This document shows, in pieces, positions 57,173 through 64,000 of a DNA stretch of 64,000 nt. The notes beneath the pieces were generated by a model, which saw only the letters and a program-made list of their open reading frames with translations, was not told the origin of the DNA and did no database searches. The stretch covers positions 105,128 to 169,127 of the forward strand of contig CAYYQK010000002.1 of NCBI GenBank assembly GCA_964473815.1, read 5' to 3'. The translations under genes and the position numbers were made by a program. Numbering within the stretch: position 1 is the stretch's first letter; each line of letters begins with the position of its first letter. This DNA comes from an uncultured Candidatus Saccharibacteria bacterium. GTDB lineage: Bacteria > Patescibacteriota > Doudnabacteria > UBA920.

Positions 57173-59644
57173 ATGAAAATAAACACAAAAAAACAAATTT
57201 CAATTTTCAAATACGCTGTCAATAGTTTTGTAGCGGCTTCCATTTTATTTGCTCCAATAGTCTCAAATGTCGCTCCTGTAATTAACACTGCGAAAGCAGA
57301 GGTTAGCTGTACTGACGACGCTTTGCCTATCCCAACTGCGGACATGACTGTCCGTAAGGATAATGCACAGGGCGAGGTTTTAGGTACTTACCATGCACGT
57401 GGGGCAATTGATAGCCCTGATGATCCTGGCAATGGCGAAACAGGCGTTGCTACTTTCCAACTTCAAGTCCCAAAAGGTACCAAATTATATTTTACTGCCC
57501 GCACTGACGGATTTAATGGTCCAAACAGAAGTGTTGGCGGCATGCCTAACTATAGTGGCGGTGGAGTGACAGTAACATCTCCAGACGTAAAAGCTGGCTA
57601 TTACCCAAACGGCTTTTCATTTAGTCGTCTCGATGCAGTTACCGGATTAAGTGATCGGGTTATCAACGGTCCGGTGAGTTTAGGCATGGGTGGTGATTGG
57701 AGTTGTTGGGGTGGAGATCGTGACTCACACGTGCAATTAATAGTAAATGTTGTCACTAAACCATCCACTAATTTAGTTACTCGTACAGCTACAACAAATT
57801 TAGCCGTAATTAATGATCCTGCAGTGTCCTCTCATTGCTCTTCTGCGAATGACCCTGGGAATAATTCAACTTGTCGAGTTGATCTTAATGACGGTGCTAC
57901 TATAAGCTGGAATGCCGAATCAACCACTAATGGAAATTCTTGTATCGCTACGAATGATAATACCTCGAGTAACCCAGACTCAAATTGGAATGGAGCAAAG
58001 GATGGAACAAGTGGAACTCAGGCAGTTGGGCCATTTCCTTCATTGGGAACCTTTACATATCAAATTAAATGCACCGGATTAAACGGTGTAACTTCAACTC
58101 CTTCTACAACAACATTTATTGTTGGAAACACCCCTTCGTACACTTGTCAGGTCGTTCCTTCAGGTATACAACAGGTAGACCAGGGTGGTTACGGCGCAGC
58201 TAGTTTGCATGTAACATCTTTGAGTGGTTACAATAAACCAGTAACCTTCTCGCCTGCGATTGTTTCTCCTTCCGGTGCTGGCTCGCCACAGGTGACAATT
58301 GAAGGTAATAATCCTCAGAACTCCCCATATGCTACAAACAGTCCTGTCTCAATTTTCGCCCCTGCAAACTCGGCTGTGGGTACATACACAATCACCTTTA
58401 AAACTGAAGATGGTATTGTATGTGATGGTAATGTAACTTTGCAAATAAACTCTGCAGCAGACCCAGACGGTTACATTTACTGTGGCGCTTCCGGAGCACA
58501 AACAACTTGTAAAATTAATGGCGGCGATAGTATCCCTATTCGCTGGCATGCTGAAAATGTAAATAATGATTGTGTGGTCATTGCAACTGCTAATGATGAT
58601 ACTCAGTTTGATTTTGCCACAGGCAAAGATGGTAATAAGAGTTCGGGGCCACTGAGCAAGCCAACTCAGTTCTCCTTGGGCTGTAGCGCATCAAATGGAC
58701 ACCAGGATCTTGTCCGGACTGCCTTTGTCGATATTACTTCTATTTGTACCGTAAACTGTGGAACCGGCATGTCGTTGACGGCAAGTAATTCTACTTGTGA
58801 ACAAGTTAACTTGAGCTGGTCTTCAACAGTGAATCCAGCACCAAAGAGCTACAAGCTATTTCGTAGTTTAGACGGCAATACTTATGCGGAATTTGCTACT
58901 GTGAACGATCCAACTAACACATACGTCGATAGACCTCCACAACAACTAGGGGTGTCGAATTATTATAAAATTCAAGCTTACAATGACTATAACGGAAATG
59001 GTTCTGTTGTAGCCAATGGCTCTTCCCAGGTAGTGCCCGTTCCTTGTGCTACCCCGAGTTTGGAAGGTTCTGATAAAGATGTAACAAACAGCAAGGGTAA
59101 AATTACAAAAGCGTTTAACCCACCACCTTGTAATGGTGTGTCAGATTTTGCAGTATTGCCAAACAATGCAATCTTCACTGCTGGCGATGAAGTGACCTTT
59201 AAGATTAATATTTGTAATCCTGCTGATCCTAACACTCCACCTCAGCGCGCAGACCTTACAAATATCACCGTTGAAGATACAATGCATAATCTTTCTGCGC
59301 CTACTTCTATAAAGAGCATGAGTTCAAATGGGGGTGGGACCCGTGGAGCTCCTTGTTTGCTGAGCAGTCAAGCACAGGACAATACTGACGGTGACTTTAC
59401 TGGTTTTATTACGTTTACTGTGAAGGATATACCTCGGGCAAACTTAGGGCAGTATTGTTCAATTATAATCACTGCTAAAATTCAAGCACCTCTTAACCCA
59501 ACTGCATCGATTTACCGCTTCTGGAATGAAGCAAAAATTACTGCCACTGGAAATGGTCAAACGATTACAAAGACCGTGAAAACACCTTTGTATCCATTTG
59601 GTTTAACAAATGTACCAAATCGTAACGAAACCTCTCCTCATTAA
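57173..59644 (+). CDS. large secreted surface protein (Ig/FN3-like domains)
   Basis: Signal peptide, Thr/Cys-rich, ends PNRNETSPH. Confidence 0.75.
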   Translation: MKINTKKQISIFKYAVNSFVAASILFAPIVSNVAPVINTAKAEVSCTDDALPIPTADMTVRKDNAQGEVLGTYHARGAIDSPDDPGNGETGVATFQLQVPKGTKLYFTARTDGFNGPNRSVGGMPNYSGGGVTVTSPDVKAGYYPNGFSFSRLDAVTGLSDRVINGPVSLGMGGDWSCWGGDRDSHVQLIVNVVTKPSTNLVTRTATTNLAVINDPAVSSHCSSANDPGNNSTCRVDLNDGATISWNAESTTNGNSCIATNDNTSSNPDSNWNGAKDGTSGTQAVGPFPSLGTFTYQIKCTGLNGVTSTPSTTTFIVGNTPSYTCQVVPSGIQQVDQGGYGAASLHVTSLSGYNKPVTFSPAIVSPSGAGSPQVTIEGNNPQNSPYATNSPVSIFAPANSAVGTYTITFKTEDGIVCDGNVTLQINSAADPDGYIYCGASGAQTTCKINGGDSIPIRWHAENVNNDCVVIATANDDTQFDFATGKDGNKSSGPLSKPTQFSLGCSASNGHQDLVRTAFVDITSICTVNCGTGMSLTASNSTCEQVNLSWSSTVNPAPKSYKLFRSLDGNTYAEFATVNDPTNTYVDRPPQQLGVSNYYKIQAYNDYNGNGSVVANGSSQVVPVPCATPSLEGSDKDVTNSKGKITKAFNPPPCNGVSDFAVLPNNAIFTAGDEVTFKINICNPADPNTPPQRADLTNITVEDTMHNLSAPTSIKSMSSNGGGTRGAPCLLSSQAQDNTDGDFTGFITFTVKDIPRANLGQYCSIIITAKIQAPLNPTASIYRFWNEAKITATGNGQTITKTVKTPLYPFGLTNVPNRNETSPH

Positions 59645-59664
59645 TAGTTTTTAATTAAAACACA

Positions 59665-60144
59665 ATGAACAAAAGACTCTTAGTTCTTGGTGGTGTACTT
59701 ATCGTACTCATAGTTGCGGTTGGTGCTTATTGGCATTCACCCCACAAAAACGCAAGCATGCCTGACAATGTTATTACAAAGCAAAGTCAAACTACGGGCG
59801 CAAAGAAAGATGTAGATGCAGAGCAGCTGCCAAAAAACTTCCCTGCTGATATTCCAATCGAAGAAGGTGCTTCTGTTGTCCAAAACTTTAATGTTGATGA
59901 TAAAGGTTACCAGCAAGCAACCCGGTCTTTTGAAACACAAGTAAGTCTTGATAAAAACTTAGCGCTGTACAAAAAATATTTAACCGCAAACGGTTATAAA
60001 ATTACTGTTACTATAGACCAGCCGACCTACAAAATGGTCTCTGGTACTAAAGACAAAGATAATTTACGCATTGAAATGACTGATAATTCAGTGTCTAAGC
60101 AAAAGACAGTGAGTATCACATTCATTCAAACGGGATCAAACTAA
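59665..60144 (+). CDS. membrane-anchored protein, paralog of 55457
   Basis: N-terminal TM; PKNFPADIPIE..QATRSFET. Confidence 0.7.
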   Translation: MNKRLLVLGGVLIVLIVAVGAYWHSPHKNASMPDNVITKQSQTTGAKKDVDAEQLPKNFPADIPIEEGASVVQNFNVDDKGYQQATRSFETQVSLDKNLALYKKYLTANGYKITVTIDQPTYKMVSGTKDKDNLRIEMTDNSVSKQKTVSITFIQTGSN

Positions 60145-60145
60145 A

Positions 60146-63073
60146 ATGTTAAATATCAATTACTTATTCAATAGTAAGTTTCTAAAAACAGTCATTTTTA
60201 GTGCGGCTTTTCTATTTGCGTTTATTGCCTTTGCCATGGTTTCTAAGCCACACGCAGCCCATGCGGCAGTGCAGGATTTTACCATTAGTTGTAACAGCTA
60301 CCAACAATCAGGAATAACTGTTATGGCCGGGATCTCTACGGGTATGATAATTAGAATTTCAGGACCAAATAATTCTACATACACCGGTCCGGCAATTACA
60401 GTTACTCCATCGATTTCTCCAACTCCAGCAAGCGGCGCACCTACATACACATATGAAAACAACCCCACTACTGACTCCTGGCTATATACAGTAGTAAAGA
60501 TAAAGACATATAATTCGCCTCAAACAACACCGGGTACTTATGTAATGACCTTTACTGGATCTAACGGAACCTATTCACATTCTTGCAGTTGGAACTTTTA
60601 TGTTACTGCCTATAACGCATCTGTTAGTGGTGCAACTATGAAATGCAATGGCAGTACCAATCCTTGTAATGTAGGTTACAATGACCGTCCAGTGGTTTCA
60701 TGGACAAGTTCGGGAACTACTAATTGTTTTGTCTATGGCCCACCTGATACAAATTATTCAAGCAACCATACAGGGTCATCAGGTAGTTATACCGCGTATA
60801 ATTTTCAAGATGAATCAGAATTTATCGAATTAAATTGCTGGAAGAGTGATTGGTCTGCTAATTTTGGAACTATAGCCTCGAACTCCATTAACACCTTGCC
60901 GTATGCGGATATACACTGTGGGAGCTATCAAACTGCTTGTACCATTAATGCCGGAGATTCAATAAATATTTCTTGGTTTAGCATGCATGCTTTTAGCTGC
61001 ACAGTATCTCCTCCAGGTTGGACCGGTACCGGTACAAATTCATACACCAGATCAAGTGGTCCACTGGTGGCAACCACAACCTTCACCTCAACCTGTACCG
61101 GGTATAACGGTGGAACTTCCTCGGCCAGTGTAACAGTTACAGTCATCCCAGGTCCGTACGGGATCATCACATGTAATGGCTCAGATACTTGCACGATTCC
61201 ATACAATACTGCAGCGACAATTGCGTGGAGCTCTAACCAAGCTACATCATGTTCGATAACACCGTCAGGATGGACTGGTACTTCGGGCTCTAGGTCTACT
61301 GGTAATTTAACCTCGGATCAAACTTACACAATTAATTGTAGTGGTGCTGGTGGTGCGATGACGCCTCATACTGCTACGGTGACAGTTTCTCCTCCGCCTT
61401 TGCCTACCGGTACTATTACTTGTAATGGCGCATCTAGTTGTACAATAGCTTATAATTCTGCGGCTACAATTGCCTGGACTACCTCTGCTGCAACTTCGTG
61501 TACGGTAACTCCTTCGAATTGGAGTGGGACTTCTGGCTCAGTATCTACTGGCAACTTAATTTCAACAACTACTTATACAGCTAATTGTTCAGGCCCGGGT
61601 GGCAATGCTACTATTGGTTCTGTTGTGGTAACGGTTTCACCTCCACCACCGGTAACTGGAAATATTCTGTGTAATGGCGGCGGCAACTGTTCTATTAACT
61701 ACAATACGAGCGCTACTATCTCATGGTCATCTGCAAATGCAACTTCTTGTTCAGTTGCTCCAAACAGTTGGACCGGTCTCAGCGGTTCTCAGTCAACCGG
61801 AAACTTAACATACACAACAGTTTACACTTTAAGTTGTACAGGACCAGCTGGACCACTAAGTCCGCAGCCTTCTGTAACAGTAACAGTGCTTACAGACTTT
61901 ACTTTGAACTGTACGCCAATGACTACAGCTATTGCTTTGGGTGACACAACTTCGTTCCAACTGGCTGTTACCAGACAGGGAATTGGTACTGTCACTTTTG
62001 CAGCTCCTACATTTAGTCCAAATAATGCCAATAATCCGTCTAATTCGTATGTGAATAATCCGAATGCTAGTGGTAGTGGTGTTACCTCTTCAGTAATTTC
62101 TACCACCATGGGTACAACTTTGGCGGCTCCTTATGTAATTACTTTTTCAGCCAGTGCTGCTGGCGCCACCGGCACCGTAACTCATACTTGTACAGTAAAT
62201 CTATACATTTCTGCAACACCTCCAGTTCAGCCAACTAATATTGTTGCTTCCAACCAAGTTTGTGAAACCGTAGATCTTACTTGGGATAAGGGCGCAGGCA
62301 CAACTCCTGCTGGTTACCGTGTTTACCGCCGTACCCAAGGTACTGGCACAGCAACTGATTCCTGGAATCGCGTTGGTTCAGATATCCCTACCACAGGGGC
62401 AACTAGTTATAGCTACCATGACGGAGGTCCATTGTTGGTTCATGGCTCTAACTATTACGCCGTATCTTCTTATGATGTTAATAATTTGGAATCTGCCAAA
62501 GCTAATGCAAGCCCATCATCAATTGTTCCAAGATATTGTGGACCAAGCTTAACAGCTTCTGACATCGATTTGACTCAGGTTGCCGGGCATATAACCAAAT
62601 CATTTACCGGACAGGCATGTAGTGGTACTTCCGAAGTTGCATCATTGCCAGCAAACAGTTTGTTCTCACCAAATGACACCGTTACCTTTACATTGAACAT
62701 TTGTAATTCCGGTACACAAGATATGACAGGTATTGTAGCGCACATCACTGCGGCGAATTTGACCAACTATTCAATGCTGGTGCAACCAAGCCCAGCAGGT
62801 TGCGCGACCATTACAAACCTTTCTTCTACCGCAATGGACTTCACTGTAAATACTTTAACCGCTCCACCACTTGGAGTAATTGCTACTTCTTGTACAATTA
62901 CTTACCGCGCAACTGTAACCTTACCTCCTGGAGTAAGTAACCAGTATCAGCGCTTCCAAAGCGTGGCTGACGTAACAGCTGATGGTGGCTTGAGTGACCA
63001 CATTGTTACTCCAACCTATTTGTTTGGCACGGGACAAAACCAGCCGAACCGTAACGAAACCTCTGCTCATTAA
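60146..63073 (+). CDS. large secreted surface protein with tandem Cys-bridged Ig-like repeats
   Basis: ~82-aa repeats CNG..C.I.YN..ATI.W.S..ATSC..P..WTG.SGS.STGNL; ends PNRNETSAH. Confidence 0.78.
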   Translation: MLNINYLFNSKFLKTVIFSAAFLFAFIAFAMVSKPHAAHAAVQDFTISCNSYQQSGITVMAGISTGMIIRISGPNNSTYTGPAITVTPSISPTPASGAPTYTYENNPTTDSWLYTVVKIKTYNSPQTTPGTYVMTFTGSNGTYSHSCSWNFYVTAYNASVSGATMKCNGSTNPCNVGYNDRPVVSWTSSGTTNCFVYGPPDTNYSSNHTGSSGSYTAYNFQDESEFIELNCWKSDWSANFGTIASNSINTLPYADIHCGSYQTACTINAGDSINISWFSMHAFSCTVSPPGWTGTGTNSYTRSSGPLVATTTFTSTCTGYNGGTSSASVTVTVIPGPYGIITCNGSDTCTIPYNTAATIAWSSNQATSCSITPSGWTGTSGSRSTGNLTSDQTYTINCSGAGGAMTPHTATVTVSPPPLPTGTITCNGASSCTIAYNSAATIAWTTSAATSCTVTPSNWSGTSGSVSTGNLISTTTYTANCSGPGGNATIGSVVVTVSPPPPVTGNILCNGGGNCSINYNTSATISWSSANATSCSVAPNSWTGLSGSQSTGNLTYTTVYTLSCTGPAGPLSPQPSVTVTVLTDFTLNCTPMTTAIALGDTTSFQLAVTRQGIGTVTFAAPTFSPNNANNPSNSYVNNPNASGSGVTSSVISTTMGTTLAAPYVITFSASAAGATGTVTHTCTVNLYISATPPVQPTNIVASNQVCETVDLTWDKGAGTTPAGYRVYRRTQGTGTATDSWNRVGSDIPTTGATSYSYHDGGPLLVHGSNYYAVSSYDVNNLESAKANASPSSIVPRYCGPSLTASDIDLTQVAGHITKSFTGQACSGTSEVASLPANSLFSPNDTVTFTLNICNSGTQDMTGIVAHITAANLTNYSMLVQPSPAGCATITNLSSTAMDFTVNTLTAPPLGVIATSCTITYRATVTLPPGVSNQYQRFQSVADVTADGGLSDHIVTPTYLFGTGQNQPNRNETSAH

Positions 63074-63095
63074 TTTCTACAAAATAGATTTATCT

Positions 63096-63151
63096 AAAAG
63101 TCACACCTGTAGGGTGTGACTTTTGACATCAGAAAATAAAAATGGTATGAT
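63096..63151 (+). promoter_or_regulatory. terminator hairpin overlapping the khpA promoter
   Basis: aaaagtcacacc/ggtgtgactttt, then TTGACA-17-TATGAT. Confidence 0.7.
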
Positions 63152-63224
63152 GTTGGGGCAATAGAGGCTTACATGCAAGGTCGAAGCCGCTCTCCTATAG
63201 CAGAAATACTTAACTGAAAGACAC

Positions 63225-63599
63225 ATGGAGAAAGATCAAGAATTTGTTGAATTTATCATCAAGGCGTTAGTAGATAATCCACAAGATGTTCGCACTGATC
63301 GCACTGTTGATGAAATGGGTGTGTTAATCACTCTTCACATCAATCCTGCTGACATGGGCCAAGTAATTGGTCGCATGGGTCAGACTGCAAAAGCAGTTCG
63401 AACATTGTTGCGCGTAGTTGGTGCGAAGCACAAAGCTCGTGTGAACTTGAAGATTGATGAACCAGAAGGTTCTCACCGTGGACCTCGCCGCGATCGTTCT
63501 GAACAACGCGATGATATGGGTGCATCTGATGCCGGCGACGCTGGCAACAACGATGCCGAAATGGCCGGTGCTCCGGACATGGACGACTTCAAGCTTTAA
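63225..63599 (+). CDS. khpA: KH-domain RNA-binding protein KhpA
   Basis: IKALVDNP, DMGQVIGRMGQTAKAVRTLL; normally the rpsP neighbour. Confidence 0.9.
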   Translation: MEKDQEFVEFIIKALVDNPQDVRTDRTVDEMGVLITLHINPADMGQVIGRMGQTAKAVRTLLRVVGAKHKARVNLKIDEPEGSHRGPRRDRSEQRDDMGASDAGDAGNNDAEMAGAPDMDDFKL

Positions 63600-63694
63600 T
63601 TTGAAGATAAAAACAAAATCCGCACCCTTTGCGGATTTTGTTTTTGCTAGAGCTTGCGCTATTAGTGATAGCGATTTTTTGATAACATTAGTTT

Positions 63695-64000
63695 ATGATA
63701 TCTAAAGATAGACATAAGATAGTTCCAGCTAGTTACCTATTGTTAGAAAAAGATGGTAAGTTTTTAATGTTGAGACGATTTAATACTGGTTACCGAGATG
63801 GAGAATATAGTTTAATTTCAGGACATGTGGATCCAAATGAAAGCCCTCGCCATACCATGGTCCGTGAAGCGCAAGAAGAAGCGGGAATAGAAATACTTCC
63901 TGAGGATTTAACTTTATTCCATGTTTGTAGTCGTAAAGCTGCCGATTTTGAGCGTATCGATTTTTTTTGGAGTTGCTCAAAATGGACTGGAGAACCTACA
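63695..64000 (+). CDS. NUDIX hydrolase, 3'-truncated by window edge (absent from ORF track)
   Basis: LMLRRFNTGY..SGHVDPNES...REAQEEAG Nudix box. Confidence 0.85.
   Translation, partial: MISKDRHKIVPASYLLLEKDGKFLMLRRFNTGYRDGEYSLISGHVDPNESPRHTMVREAQEEAGIEILPEDLTLFHVCSRKAADFERIDFFWSCSKWTGEPT

Noticed and set aside
63780-63980. Minus-strand 66-aa ORF
   Set aside because: Antisense to a clear plus-strand NUDIX gene starting at 63695

Overview
Bacterial chromosome segment whose gene set looks like Patescibacteria/CPR: a VirB2-like pilin array, a short SMC, few SD sequences and minimal metabolism. The taxonomy is inferred, not demonstrated. (1) 1128-13024 is an AT-rich integrated element. Its large serine recombinase reads through its own att site into the 3' end of tRNA-Gly(GCC). 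The att arms can be reconstructed, and a second copy of the attP arm at 4611 brackets a cupin/MTase/RibA/MTase cargo cassette. Other cargo includes a HEPN-like protein, SRAP, an EcoRI-family MTase with a DUF262-HNH nuclease, and a rep-like HTH gene. (2) 13-55 kb is core chromosome: 9 tRNAs, nrnA-like, rbfA, infB, rlmH, ftsK, rodZ-like, recA, dksA-like, lspA, comM, galU, seven pilins, ftsH, rnc, a TA pair, a repeat protein with ParB, smc and rpsP. (3) 55-63 kb is a duplicated surface-protein locus between rpsP and khpA. The most notable unannotated signals are a ~470-nt highly structured ncRNA candidate with promoter, boxA-like leader and pseudoknot (35953-36425); a promoter/11-bp-repeat element shared by recA and comM; about 8 parS-like sites inside an O-antigen ligase CDS; and widespread leaderless genes. 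All calls come from reading the sequence; no searches were run.
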